Of a DNA stretch of 64,000 bases, positions 1 to 9,766 are shown piece by piece. The stretch comes from Patescibacteria group bacterium (lineage in GTDB: Bacteria; Patescibacteriota; UBA1384; UBA12157; JAENIV01). The notes beneath the pieces are model-generated. The model was not told the origin of the DNA, did no database searches, and saw nothing but the letters and a program-made list of their open reading frames with translations. The stretch is from assembly GCA_023485405.1 (NCBI GenBank), contig JAMCZU010000032.1, positions 400 to 64,399 on the forward strand, written 5' to 3'. Each line of letters opens with the position of its first letter. Position 1 is the stretch's first letter. The position numbers and the translations under genes are program-made.

Positions 1-211
1 CCCATGGTTGAATCGTAATCAAATTTGGGTCAGGTGTCGCGATATTGGCCATTTGTTTAAGCGGCACTTTTGATCCATAGTACACGACGGCAATATTTTC
101 AACCAAAGCGGAACTGGCTTTGCCAGTCCGAAGACCCTTAAGAGATTCTGATAATTTATCAACCACTTGCTGCATTTTTGGGTTGAGATTTCTTAGAATT
201 GATTGGTACAT
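1..211 (-). CDS. frr: ribosome recycling factor (5' part, runs off window)
   Basis: Manual translation from ATG at 211: MYQSILRNLNPKMQQVVDKLSESLKGLRTGKASSALVENIAVVYYGSKVPLKQMANIATPDPNLITIQPW; LRTGxA and IQPW motifs; follows tsf. Confidence 0.95.
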   Translation of the reverse strand, partial: MYQSILRNLNPKMQQVVDKLSESLKGLRTGKASSALVENIAVVYYGSKVPLKQMANIATPDPNLITIQPW

Positions 212-228
212 ATTCCCTCGCTTTAATC

Positions 229-696
229 TTAAAGTTCTTCGCCCAATTCGTATCTTATAAATCTTTTAATTTGGATATTTTCACCAATTTTGGCCGTTGC
301 CTGATCAATCAAATCTTTAATCGTCATGGCCTCATCTTTAATATAACTTCCCGCAAGTAGTTCTGGCAAGTCTTTTGGGTTCATTGAGGCAATTTGCATC
401 GCCAAATTGTGGGCAAGATCCTTAAACTCAGCATTGCGGACAACGAAATCACTTTCACAAGCAATTTCGAGTAAAACACCAATTTTACCAGCATGAACGT
501 AAGCTTCAACCAAACCTTGATTAGTTGAACGCTCGGCTTTTTTTTGAGCAATTGCTTGTGAAAGTGATTTCGTTGTCCGCAATGCTGAGTTTAAGGATCT
601 TGCCCACAATTTGGCGATGCAAATTGCCTCAATGAACCCAAAAGACTTGCCAGAACTACTTGCGGGAAGTTATATTAAAGATGAGGCCAAGATCAT
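229..696 (-). CDS. tsf: elongation factor Ts (short form); N-terminal part overwritten by an inverted duplication
   Basis: KKAERSTNQGLVEAYVH, CESDFV, GENIQIKRFIRYELG motifs; in-frame ATG at 696 overlaps the rpsB stop; 550-689 is an inverted copy of 327-466. Confidence 0.85.
327..689. repeat. 140-bp inverted duplication (327-466 vs 550-689)
   Basis: Direct reverse-complement comparison by eye found no mismatch. Confidence 0.95.
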
Positions 697-1400
697 TTAG
701 TTTCCTCTTTAATCTCTTCTTTTTTTTCTTCTTTTTTCCCTTTAAGTTCTTCTTCAATTTTTCCTAAAATAATTTTAATCGTATTTTGTGAATCGTCGTT
801 GGCCGGAATTGGAATATCAATTAAATCCGGATTAGCGTTGGTATCACAAATTCCCACAATTGGCATATTAACTTTTTGTGCTTCTTTGACCGCCACCAAT
901 TCTTTGGCAGTGTCCACCACAAAAAGTACATCGGGCAAATTATTCAAATCTTTAATACCTTCGAAAATCAAATTTAATTTAGCCGCTTTTTCCTCAATTC
1001 TCTTTCTTTCTTTCTTAGTAAACTTTGTAAATTCCGGCGATTTAATTTGTTCTTCAAGACTAGCTAAAGTTTTCAAAGACTTTCGAATGGTTTCAAAATT
1101 TGTCAGTGTCCCACCGGGCCAACGTTCAACCATATAAGGCATATGCAAATTTAAAGCTGTATTTTTAACAATTTCTTTTGCCTGTGACTTAGTTCCCAAA
1201 AATAAAACGGTTTTACCCGCACCGATTTCTTTTTTTAAATAAACAATAGCTTTTTCAAGCTGTTCAAGTGTTTTTTCTAAATTAATGACATAAACGCTAT
1301 CACGAATAGTATAAATAAATTGTTTGGCTCGAGGGAAAGATTTTTCTTTCTTGTGCCCGAAATGCGCTCCCGCTTCTAACAATTGGGTTAGTGTTGGCAT
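693..1400 (-). CDS. rpsB: 30S ribosomal protein S2
   Basis: LLEAGAHFGH, RWPGGTLTNF, DTNANPD, PANDD motifs. Confidence 0.98.
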   Translation of the reverse strand: MPTLTQLLEAGAHFGHKKEKSFPRAKQFIYTIRDSVYVINLEKTLEQLEKAIVYLKKEIGAGKTVLFLGTKSQAKEIVKNTALNLHMPYMVERWPGGTLTNFETIRKSLKTLASLEEQIKSPEFTKFTKKERKRIEEKAAKLNLIFEGIKDLNNLPDVLFVVDTAKELVAVKEAQKVNMPIVGICDTNANPDLIDIPIPANDDSQNTIKIILGKIEEELKGKKEEKKEEIKEETK

Positions 1401-1522
1401 TACAATGCTCCTATTAGATTAATTATTCTATCAATAGAAATCTTATCATATATCCTTATACTTGGCAATAGTCAAAGATTAAAATCCTTGTCAAATTACC
1501 TTCTTTATGTTAAGATATATTT

Positions 1523-1753
1523 ATGAAAAAAGATATTCATCCTCAATACAATGAAAATACTAAAGTTACCTGTTCTTGCGGTAACACTTTTGAAGTCGGC
1601 TCCACCGTCGAAACAATTCATGTAGAGGTCTGCTCTGCTTGTCATCCGTTTTATACCGGCACGGCGAAATTTATTGATACCGCCGGCCGCGTTGATAAAT
1701 TCCAAGAAAAAGTCCGAAAAGCTCAAGAAATGCGGAAGAAAAAAGAAAAGTAA
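1523..1753 (+). CDS. rpmE: 50S ribosomal protein L31 (Zn-binding type)
   Basis: [27 protein letters not shown]. Confidence 0.98.
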   Translation: MKKDIHPQYNENTKVTCSCGNTFEVGSTVETIHVEVCSACHPFYTGTAKFIDTAGRVDKFQEKVRKAQEMRKKKEK

Positions 1754-1782
1754 AAATCCGATTATCTTAATTATGGACTATT

Positions 1783-2664
1783 ATGCCCGATAATTATCTC
1801 TTACAACAACTCAAAGAGGCTGAAGAACTCTTAAAAACCAGTGACGATTCTAGTATTCGTGAACTGGCCAAACTTGAAATTGAAGACTTACAAAAAAGAG
1901 TTTTTACCACCAAAGATGCTCACAAAAATCTTATTTTGGAAATTCGCGCCGGCACTGGTGGTGATGAAGCGGGACTTTTTGCCAATGAACTTTTTCGAAT
2001 GTATCAACGATTTGCCGAACGTCATGGTTGGCGAATAAATATTTTAAGTTCTAATCAAACTTCTTCGGGCGGGCTAAAAGAATTGGTAGCCGAAATTCAG
2101 GGTGAAGGCTCTTACCAAATGCTCAAATACGAATCAGGAGTTCATCGCGTGCAAAGAGTGCCAAAAACCGAAAAAAGCGGCCGACTTCACACTTCAGCCG
2201 CAACCGTCGCCGTGCTACCCGAAGTTGAAGAAACTGAAATTCAAATTAATCCTCAGGATTTACGGATTGATGTTTATCATGCCCAAGGCCATGGCGGTCA
2301 AGGTGTAAATACAACTGATTCCGCCGTTAGAATCACTCACCTACCAACCGGGCTGGTGGTTACTTGCCAAGATGAACGTTCACAAATCAAAAATCGCGCC
2401 AAGGCTTTAGGTGTACTTCGTTCCAGACTTTACGAAATTGAAGAAGAAAAAAAACGCCAAGAACAAGGAACAGCTAGACGTTCGCAAATTGGCACCGGTG
2501 ACCGTAGTGAAAAAATTAGAACTTATAACTTTCCGCAAGACCGAATCACTGATCATCGAATTAAAAAATCTTGGAGTAAAATTTCTCAAATTCTTGATGG
2601 CAATTTAGAACCAATAATTTCAGCTTTACAAAAAGCTGAAATGGATCTCAAACTAACCTCTTAA
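1783..2664 (+). CDS. prfA: peptide chain release factor 1 (shortened N-terminus)
   Basis: [14 protein letters not shown] anticodon motif, [17 protein letters not shown]. Confidence 0.97.
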   Translation: MPDNYLLQQLKEAEELLKTSDDSSIRELAKLEIEDLQKRVFTTKDAHKNLILEIRAGTGGDEAGLFANELFRMYQRFAERHGWRINILSSNQTSSGGLKELVAEIQGEGSYQMLKYESGVHRVQRVPKTEKSGRLHTSAATVAVLPEVEETEIQINPQDLRIDVYHAQGHGGQGVNTTDSAVRITHLPTGLVVTCQDERSQIKNRAKALGVLRSRLYEIEEEKKRQEQGTARRSQIGTGDRSEKIRTYNFPQDRITDHRIKKSWSKISQILDGNLEPIISALQKAEMDLKLTS

Positions 2665-2668
2665 ACCA

Positions 2669-2695
2669 ACTCTGACACCTACGAGGTGTCAGAGT
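2669..2695. repeat. REP-like palindrome downstream of RAYT
   Basis: ACTCTGACACCT-ACG-AGGTGTCAGAGT. Confidence 0.85.
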
Positions 2696-2700
2696 AATGA

Positions 2701-3378
2701 TTAACCAGTATAATTGTCAATCAATACATTCTTAATCAAAGATAATTCTTTTTGATAAGATTTTCTGCTCTCGACAAATTTTTTATATTCTTTTGGCGAT
2801 AACGTCAAAATATCTGAAAATGAACAAATTTTCTCTTTTTTAATATCTGAATCAATATACTCATAATATGACGAAAATTCCCAACTATTTAATTTATCTA
2901 CCAAACCAGCTGAAGTTGGATTTAGATGGATATATCTTGTTAAATGAAGTAATTGTTCATCGGAGGACACTACTATACTCTTAAATCTTCCTGTCCAAAG
3001 AGGTCCCACTCGTTTATGTTTGATATTAAAATATCTGGCATAACTATTGAGTAATTTAGACATATATTTCGCAATTCCTTTATCAGTAATTTGTTTCAAT
3101 AATAAATGCAAATGTGTTGGCATCAGACAATACGCTATAATCTCAACCAAAACATCATTATCTTTTCTTAAATTAGCAATAATAGCTTGTTGATTTGCAT
3201 CTGTGAGTTCATTAAAATTTGAATATTTATAAATAAAATCAATATAGCGATATAAATCCAAAATATCTAACATTCTCAAATAATCTTCGTTATTATTAAA
3301 AATCTTAAATTGAGCAATACTTCGGCTAAAAATATGATAATACTGATCATTAACTAAAGGGTCTTTACGACTTTGCAA
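2701..3378 (-). mobile_element. REP-associated tyrosine transposase (RAYT, Y1/HUH family)
   Basis: YYHIFSR, YCLMPTHLHLL (HUH), YARYFN, RYIHLNP, WEFSSY; flanked by palindromes on both sides. Confidence 0.9.
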
Positions 3379-3412
3379 TTCTCCTCCTTAATGTAATTAT
3401 AACAGATTTGAA

Positions 3413-3451
3413 ACCACTCCGACACCTCGTAGGTGTCGGAGTGGTGGTTAG
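3413..3451. repeat. REP-like palindrome upstream of RAYT
   Basis: ACCACTCCGACACCT-CGT-AGGTGTCGGAGTGGT followed by GGTTAG. Confidence 0.85.
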
Positions 3452-3456
3452 AGTCC

Positions 3457-4095
3457 CTAATTAATAGAATAGATGTCAAATCTAAATCCAGTTCTCCCAA
3501 TTTTGGATGCTAATAATTTTATATTTCTATCGTATTTCTTTGACAAATCTTTCAGCAACTTTTGATCAGCAAAATCAGCCCAAGCAAAATAAGCTCTACC
3601 ACCATCTTTTAAATAAAGATTAAACTCCTTAAAAAATCTTGTTAAAACACTATTATTCTCATCCCAAAAACAAATTTCGGTTAAATTGAGAGCTTTTGCT
3701 TGGGCTGATTTTGCTTTAATAGTTATAACATCAAATTTATCTTGAACAGTAGAGAATAAATCACTTATTAAAAATTTTATATTTCTAAAACTCAGTTTTT
3801 TCTTGTTAAAATTTGCATTCTTTATCGCTTCTGGATTTAAGTCCATTCCAACAACTTTACCAGCTCCTTTTTTAATAGCTCCAAAAGCAATTATTCCATT
3901 ACCGGTACACAAATCTAAAACACTGTCACCTTGATTAATCTGCATTTGATCAATCATCAATTCACTATCAGTTCCACCTGCATATACACCAGGAAAACAA
4001 GCCAAATCGATTCCGCATATTGTTTTTGACATTAATCCATTTTGGTTTCTGATTTTTTTAATGTATTTAGTTTGAGTCACCAAAGATTTTTTCAT
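3457..4095 (-). CDS. class I SAM methyltransferase, HemK/PrmC-like small MTase
   Basis: VLDLCTGNG motif I, SDLF, FDVI; the expected NPPY motif is replaced by a short inverted copy. Confidence 0.75.
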   Translation of the reverse strand: MKKSLVTQTKYIKKIRNQNGLMSKTICGIDLACFPGVYAGGTDSELMIDQMQINQGDSVLDLCTGNGIIAFGAIKKGAGKVVGMDLNPEAIKNANFNKKKLSFRNIKFLISDLFSTVQDKFDVITIKAKSAQAKALNLTEICFWDENNSVLTRFFKEFNLYLKDGGRAYFAWADFADQKLLKDLSKKYDRNIKLLASKIGRTGFRFDIYSIN

Positions 4096-4141
4096 GAGTC
4101 TAGCGTATCATCTTATTAAATTAGTGTTTAATTAAACCTTT

Positions 4142-4175
4142 TCCGACACCTCGTAGGTGTCGGAGTGGTGGTTAG
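4142..4175. repeat. REP-like palindrome, third copy
   Basis: TCCGACACCTCGTAGGTGTCGGAGTGGTGGTTAG, identical to 3418-3451. Confidence 0.85.
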
Positions 4176-4182
4176 GTTGGAA

Positions 4183-5355
4183 CTATTCGGTTGAGCCTAA
4201 TTTAAGTTTTACCGTTTGTTCTTTTTTATCGCGTAAAAACTTAATTTCAATTTCATCCCCAACTTGATATTTTTGGATTACTCCGCCCAATGGATGACTT
4301 TCGTCAATCCTCTCACCATTAATTTCTAAAATAATATCATTGGCTTTTAAGCCAGCAACATCCGCTGGACTACCCGCTACTACCGCTGGACTATTAGCGC
4401 CACCGGTGATTAAAGCACCGTAGTCAATGGATAAATTATTGCTTTTCGCAATTTCTTTATTTAAAGTGACATACCTCACTCCGATTTGTGGTTTAACAAT
4501 TTTACCTGTCTTTTTATAAGACTCGAGCGCGCCTTTAGCTTGGTTAATAGGAATTGCAAAACCAATACTTTGGGCATTACCAGCAATCGCTGTATTAATG
4601 CCAATGACTTGACCAGCTAAATTAACTAGTGGTCCGCCAGAATTACCAGGATTAATGGCGGCATCTGTTTGCAGTAAATTATTTAATTGTTCTTGGTCAT
4701 TACTACTCCCAGCCGTCAGCTGTCTTTCACGAGCTGAAATTACTCCCGCTGTCACCGTATTTTGAAGTTGCCCTAAAGCATTACCAATGGCTACCACCCA
4801 TTGACCAACCTGAAGATCATCCGAGTCACCCAAATCAACTACCGGAAGGCCACTTGCTTCAATTTTTAAAATCGCTAAATCGTTGGTCGGATCCAAGGCG
4901 ACAACTTTGGCATCGTAAGTTTTAGCATCGGCCGTAAGTACGGCTAAACTTTCACCGGCCTGGGCCACATGTTTATTGGTCAAAATAAGACCATCATTAG
5001 TAATGATAAAACCGGTACCACCACCTTGTTGCTGCGTTACTTGGCCAAAAATATCTCGAGCGTTAGTAGTAGTTGTAATTGAAACTACCGCTGGTGCCAC
5101 TTTTTTAGTCGCATCAATAATCGCCGATGATTCATCTAATCTTAGTTTTTCGGTTTTGGTAGTAGTAAGATTAACTGATCCACCTTTAATTCCAAAAACT
5201 TCCTGTAATTTGCTATTGGAAACTAAAAGTAAAGTTGCGCCAGTTCCACCCAAAAGACCCATTAAAAAACTTAAGACCAAAAATATAACGACGAATGTTC
5301 CCCCGCGTTTTAAATTGTTGTTTTTATTACCATCTAAATAATGAATCTTTGGCAT
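4183..5355 (-). CDS. htrA: HtrA/DegP family serine protease with PDZ domain
   Basis: N-terminal TM, TNKHV, TDAAINPGNSGGPL, C-terminal PDZ. Confidence 0.93.
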   Translation of the reverse strand: MPKIHYLDGNKNNNLKRGGTFVVIFLVLSFLMGLLGGTGATLLLVSNSKLQEVFGIKGGSVNLTTTKTEKLRLDESSAIIDATKKVAPAVVSITTTTNARDIFGQVTQQQGGGTGFIITNDGLILTNKHVAQAGESLAVLTADAKTYDAKVVALDPTNDLAILKIEASGLPVVDLGDSDDLQVGQWVVAIGNALGQLQNTVTAGVISARERQLTAGSSNDQEQLNNLLQTDAAINPGNSGGPLVNLAGQVIGINTAIAGNAQSIGFAIPINQAKGALESYKKTGKIVKPQIGVRYVTLNKEIAKSNNLSIDYGALITGGANSPAVVAGSPADVAGLKANDIILEINGERIDESHPLGGVIQKYQVGDEIEIKFLRDKKEQTVKLKLGSTE

Positions 5356-5604
5356 TTATTTCTCCTCTTCCTCTTTCGCTTCTTGGGTACTTTTACCCAA
5401 GAAATATGTGACTAGCACTGCTAATAAAGTCACGATAATAGCATATATTAATTTTGAAATAAATCCAGAACCCGCCTTAATAAAATGATCAATAAAATCT
5501 TTAATCGCCTCATTCCACGCTAAAGCTGCGACTAAGCCAAAACCAGCCGTCGCTAGTTGCGTCATGGTTTTTAAAAATTCCGACCTGAGATTATTTTTTT
5601 TCAT
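5356..5604 (-). CDS. small two-TM membrane protein (DUF5654-like)
   Basis: TAGFGLVAALAWNEAI motif. Confidence 0.75.
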   Translation of the reverse strand: MKKNNLRSEFLKTMTQLATAGFGLVAALAWNEAIKDFIDHFIKAGSGFISKLIYAIIVTLLAVLVTYFLGKSTQEAKEEEEK

Positions 5605-7025
5605 TTTATCCTTTCATTTAATAATTTGTTAACTATTTGAGGATTAGCTTTACCTTGGGTTTTTTTCATCACCTGCCCCACTAAAAAACCCAACGCTTCT
5701 TTTTTACCCTTTTTAAAATCTTCGACTGATTTTTGATTTTCTTTTGAAACTTCATCAATAATTTTAATAATTTCTGACTCATTACTGACTTGACCCAAAC
5801 CTTTTTCTTTGATAATTTCGCTAGCATTCTTGCCATTTGTAACCATCTCTGCCAAAACATTTTTGGCAATTTTCCCTGAAATTTCACCCTTTTCAATCAG
5901 TTGCAATAACTCAATTAAATTTCCGGATTTTATTTGACCGCCTTCACCTGACAGGTGGGGTTTATGGTTAGGTAGTTCATTAATAACCCAATTAGCAGCA
6001 AGTTTTGGTGAAACTTTTGTTGCTACTTCTTCAAAATATTCGGCCATTTGTTTATCTAAAGTTAAAACAGCGGCATCTTGCGGTGCCAGACCTAAATCAT
6101 CAATATACCTTTTTCTTTTTTCAGCTGGTAATTCCGGCATTTCCTCTTTAATTTTTGCTAAATTAAACTCAACTGTTTCAAATGGCGGGATGTCGGGCTC
6201 GGGAAAGTAACGATAGTCCTGAGCGTATTCTTTGCTTCTTTGAGAATATGTTTCGCCTTTACCGTCATTCCAACCCCGGGTTTCTTTCACTATTTTTTCA
6301 CCCTTTTCAAGCAATTGCCTTTGGCGTTTTTCTTCGTAAGCAAGAGCTCGTTCCACCATCTTGAAACTATTCATATTTTTAATTTCAACCGGTATCCCTA
6401 TTTCCCATTTCTCGTTTCTTATTTCTGCGACGCTAATATTAGCGTCGCACCGTAGGTGTCCACTTTCCATATTAGCGTCAGAAACTGAAAGAAACCTGAG
6501 AATAGTTCGAAGTTCTTGCATAAAAATTTTTGCTTCCTGGGGCGAAGAAATTTCCGGGTTCGTCACAATTTCCATCAAAGGCGTGCCTGCACGGTTTAAA
6601 TCAACTAAAGTGGCATTCTCAGTATGGATCAACTTACCAGCGTCTTCTTCAAGATGAATTCTGGTTAAATTAATTTTTCTTATTTCTTCTTTCTTATTTC
6701 TTATTTCTAAATACCCGCCAGTACAAAATGGCAGATCAAATTGAGAAATTTGATAATTTTTTGGTAAATCAGGATAAAAATAATGCTTACGATCAAACTT
6801 ACTTTTTTCGGCAATTTTAGAGTTTAAAGCCAGACCGGTTTTTAGTGTCCACTCGATTGCTTGACGGTTGGCTACCGGCAATACCCCAGGCAAACCCAAA
6901 CAAACTGGGCAGACCAAAGTATTTGGTTTTGCCTCTTCGGCTTTATTATTGCAACCACAAAACATTTTTGATTGAGTTTTTAATTGGACATGAATTTCCA
7001 AACCAATAATTGTCTTATATTCCAT
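5601..7025 (-). CDS. gatB: Asp/Glu-tRNA amidotransferase subunit B
   Basis: IGLEIHVQL, FDRKHYFYPDLPK, RIHLEEDAGK, DYRYFPEPD. Confidence 0.98.
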   Translation of the reverse strand: MEYKTIIGLEIHVQLKTQSKMFCGCNNKAEEAKPNTLVCPVCLGLPGVLPVANRQAIEWTLKTGLALNSKIAEKSKFDRKHYFYPDLPKNYQISQFDLPFCTGGYLEIRNKKEEIRKINLTRIHLEEDAGKLIHTENATLVDLNRAGTPLMEIVTNPEISSPQEAKIFMQELRTILRFLSVSDANMESGHLRCDANISVAEIRNEKWEIGIPVEIKNMNSFKMVERALAYEEKRQRQLLEKGEKIVKETRGWNDGKGETYSQRSKEYAQDYRYFPEPDIPPFETVEFNLAKIKEEMPELPAEKRKRYIDDLGLAPQDAAVLTLDKQMAEYFEEVATKVSPKLAANWVINELPNHKPHLSGEGGQIKSGNLIELLQLIEKGEISGKIAKNVLAEMVTNGKNASEIIKEKGLGQVSNESEIIKIIDEVSKENQKSVEDFKKGKKEALGFLVGQVMKKTQGKANPQIVNKLLNERIK

Positions 7026-7028
7026 AAT

Positions 7029-7529
7029 TTATACTAATTCTCCAATTGCTTTTTTGAAATTTGAAATTGCCTCGCGAGCCATAAAATCAGTAATTTCATA
7101 TTGACTGTTATGAACTAATTCATTTCTAATTTTGTGACCACGCCAAGCTGCATCAAGTCCTTCGGGCGAAAAACGATTCTTCGAAGCCTTAAGCCGATCA
7201 CCCATTGTTAATCCTGGCGCACGCAAACCCTTTAATATATGGTCTAAAAGTTTATCTGCCTCTAAAACCGCGCGAGCAAAATTAGACGGCCGACCCAAAC
7301 GCATTAACTGCTCAATTTCTTGCCATTTAGTTTCAACGAAACTTCGGTCAATTCCACCACTACCATAACTTTCGTGCGATCTTCCTTTATGTTTTTTCCC
7401 AAATATCAACCGGAAAGGAAAAGATACAATCCACCATAAACCTTTAAATATATTTTCAACGATTTTTTGCTCAGTTGACCCGCCTTGCCGCGAGGCAGGT
7501 TTATAATATTTATGCACCTTGTAACCCAT
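7029..7529 (-). CDS. conserved hypothetical protein
   Basis: AVLEADKLLD...G.TMGDRLK...AW..HKIRN.LVH; overlaps the gatA end within the operon. Confidence 0.7.
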   Translation of the reverse strand: MGYKVHKYYKPASRQGGSTEQKIVENIFKGLWWIVSFPFRLIFGKKHKGRSHESYGSGGIDRSFVETKWQEIEQLMRLGRPSNFARAVLEADKLLDHILKGLRAPGLTMGDRLKASKNRFSPEGLDAAWRGHKIRNELVHNSQYEITDFMAREAISNFKKAIGELV

Positions 7530-8964
7530 CTTTTACCCCCTCATATTTTTTTGCTAAATCAAAAATCTTAAAATCAGAAAATTGCGGCCCAATAATTTGC
7601 AAACCCACTGGCAAATCATCAACTTTTTTACAAGGCACTGAAATAGCCGGTAGCCCTGCTAGGTTCACCGCAATAGTATAAATATCAGATAAATACATTG
7701 TCAAAGGATCGGTGGTTTTTTCACCAATTTTAAAAGCGGTTGTTGGTGCCACTGGCCCTAAAATAAAATCAACTTCTTGAAAAACTTTGTCAAAATCTTT
7801 TTTAACCAAGCTTCTGACCTTTTGCGCTTTATTGTAATATTGATCAATATAGCCTGCCGATGAAGTATAAGTGCCAAGCATAATTCTTCTTTTGGCTTCT
7901 TTGCCAAATCCACTTGACCGACTTTTTAAATAAACATCTAACAAATTCTTAATTCTTAATTCTGAATTCTTAATTTCACTGTATCCATATTTAATCCCAT
8001 CGTAACGAGCTAAATTAGAAGCCACTTCCACCGGCATAATAATATAGTAGCACGAGAGAGCATATTTAGAGTTCGGTAAACTGACTTCCTTAATTTCTGC
8101 ACCCATTTCTTTAAATTTCGAAATTGCCTGTTCAATGACCTTTTTAACTTTTGGGTCCAAACCTTCCGCAAAATACTCATTCGGTATCCCTATTTTTAAA
8201 TCTCTTATTTCTATTTTCTTATTTCTTATTTCTTCTTTTAGACTGGTTGAGTCCTTTGGATCATATCCTGAAATTGCCTCAAATAATATTTCTACATCCT
8301 CAACGGATCTCGCCATCGGCCCAATTTGATCTAAGGACGAAGCCATCGCAAAAAGACCATAACGGGAAACCAAGCCATAAGTTGGTTTAAAACCAACAAT
8401 GCCACAGAAACTGGCTGGTTGTCTGATTGAACCACCAGTGTCCGAGCCTATTGCTAAAGGCGACATACCGGATGCCACCGCCACCGCCGAACCACCCGAG
8501 GAACCACCCGGCACTCGCGTTTTGTCGTGAGGATTTTTGGTTGGTCCAAAAACAGAAGTTTCCGTTGATGAACCCATCGCAAATTCATCTAAATTAGTTT
8601 TTCCCAAAATGACCGCGCCCGCTTCTTTTAATTTAGTAATTACTGTTGCTTCATAGGGCGGAACAAACCCCTGAAGTATCTTTGAAGCCGCTGCTGTCTC
8701 TATACCTTCAATCGCTATATTATCTTTAATCGCAATTGGCACACCATCCAACAAACCTTTGGGGTTACCTGCCTCAAATCTTTTTTGACTTTCTTCGGCT
8801 GCGTCAAGTGCATTGGAATTTAAAACTTTTACAAAAGCATTTAATTCGTGATTCAAATTAGTAATTTTTTCAAAACAAACTTTTGCCAGCTCAACTGGTG
8901 TTGTTTTTTTATTTTTGAATAGTTCAAAAGTCTCTTTAATATTTAATTCTTTTTTGTCAGTCAT
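7510..8964 (-). CDS. gatA: Asp/Glu-tRNA amidotransferase subunit A
   Basis: Amidase signature GGSSGGS, GSDTGGSIRQPA, SNLARYDG. Confidence 0.98.
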   Translation of the reverse strand: MTDKKELNIKETFELFKNKKTTPVELAKVCFEKITNLNHELNAFVKVLNSNALDAAEESQKRFEAGNPKGLLDGVPIAIKDNIAIEGIETAAASKILQGFVPPYEATVITKLKEAGAVILGKTNLDEFAMGSSTETSVFGPTKNPHDKTRVPGGSSGGSAVAVASGMSPLAIGSDTGGSIRQPASFCGIVGFKPTYGLVSRYGLFAMASSLDQIGPMARSVEDVEILFEAISGYDPKDSTSLKEEIRNKKIEIRDLKIGIPNEYFAEGLDPKVKKVIEQAISKFKEMGAEIKEVSLPNSKYALSCYYIIMPVEVASNLARYDGIKYGYSEIKNSELRIKNLLDVYLKSRSSGFGKEAKRRIMLGTYTSSAGYIDQYYNKAQKVRSLVKKDFDKVFQEVDFILGPVAPTTAFKIGEKTTDPLTMYLSDIYTIAVNLAGLPAISVPCKKVDDLPVGLQIIGPQFSDFKIFDLAKKYEGVKDGLQGA

Positions 8965-9000
8965 TTTTATCTAATAATATCTTACTACAGATATAAGCTA

Positions 9001-9029
9001 TTGACAATGATAAAAATTTCTGTTATGAT
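9001..9029 (+). promoter_or_regulatory. sigma70-type promoter
   Basis: TTGACA-N17-TATGAT with extended -10 TG. Confidence 0.75.
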
Positions 9030-9090
9030 ATATTTTTGTGTCTCGCTTCGGCAAGACGTAAGAATACCAAAATCCAAGGAGGACAACTAA

Positions 9091-9453
9091 GTGAAGTTTC
9101 AGGACGCTACGGATGCCAAGCTCAAAATCCAAGTGGATAATCATCCTGAACACGTCTATCTAACTCTGGAAGGAGAAGTTGATCTGCTAGGCGAGTCGTT
9201 ACTTGATTTAGTGGCAAACGATGTGCCTTACAAAAGAAATATTATCGTTGATCTAAGAAAAACCGTCTTTTTCCTGCCTTCGATCGGTCGTAAGTTCTTA
9301 ATCAAGCTTGCCAAGAAGACAAGACGGGATAATGAGCTAAAGGTCATCGTACCACAAGACGGACCTGTCAAGAGAGCCTTTACGGTGATGACTTTCCATA
9401 GATACATCCCGGAAGACATCAATATTCATTACGAACCCAACAGCAATAACTAG
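9091..9453 (+). CDS. STAS-domain (anti-sigma antagonist-like) protein
   Basis: LEGEVDL...IIVDLRKTVFFLPSIG pattern resembles STAS; GGAGGA RBS; own promoter and terminator. Confidence 0.6.
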   Translation: MKFQDATDAKLKIQVDNHPEHVYLTLEGEVDLLGESLLDLVANDVPYKRNIIVDLRKTVFFLPSIGRKFLIKLAKKTRRDNELKVIVPQDGPVKRAFTVMTFHRYIPEDINIHYEPNSNN

Positions 9454-9460
9454 CCCAACA

Positions 9461-9485
9461 GCCCCGGCCTTGTGCCGGGGCTTTC
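9461..9485 (+). terminator. intrinsic terminator
   Basis: GCCCCGGC...GCCGGGGC followed by TTTCC, between convergent genes. Confidence 0.65.
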
Positions 9486-9496
9486 CATATCAGAAT

Positions 9497-9766
9497 TTAT
9501 TCAAAAATTTGTTTTGTTTTAATATAATTATCTTGTTTTGCCGGCGCATTTTGAAGCACTTTCTCAACTGGCAAACTCTTCTCCACTTCGTCAGTACGAC
9601 TAACATTTTTCAAATTGGAAATCTGGGAGATTGCTTCAATTTCATCCGTTGGCGCTTTTTCACACTCGGCGACATAATCTAAAATTTCCTCCAGATTTTC
9701 ACCATCAGATTTTAGTCGCGCTAAAGCGGCGGTGTGCTCAATTTCTTCTTTTGATATTTTAGCCAT
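9497..9766 (-). CDS. gatC: Asp/Glu-tRNA amidotransferase subunit C
   Basis: ISKEEIEHTAALARL, R.DEV, LQNAP. Confidence 0.9.
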   Translation of the reverse strand: MAKISKEEIEHTAALARLKSDGENLEEILDYVAECEKAPTDEIEAISQISNLKNVSRTDEVEKSLPVEKVLQNAPAKQDNYIKTKQIFE

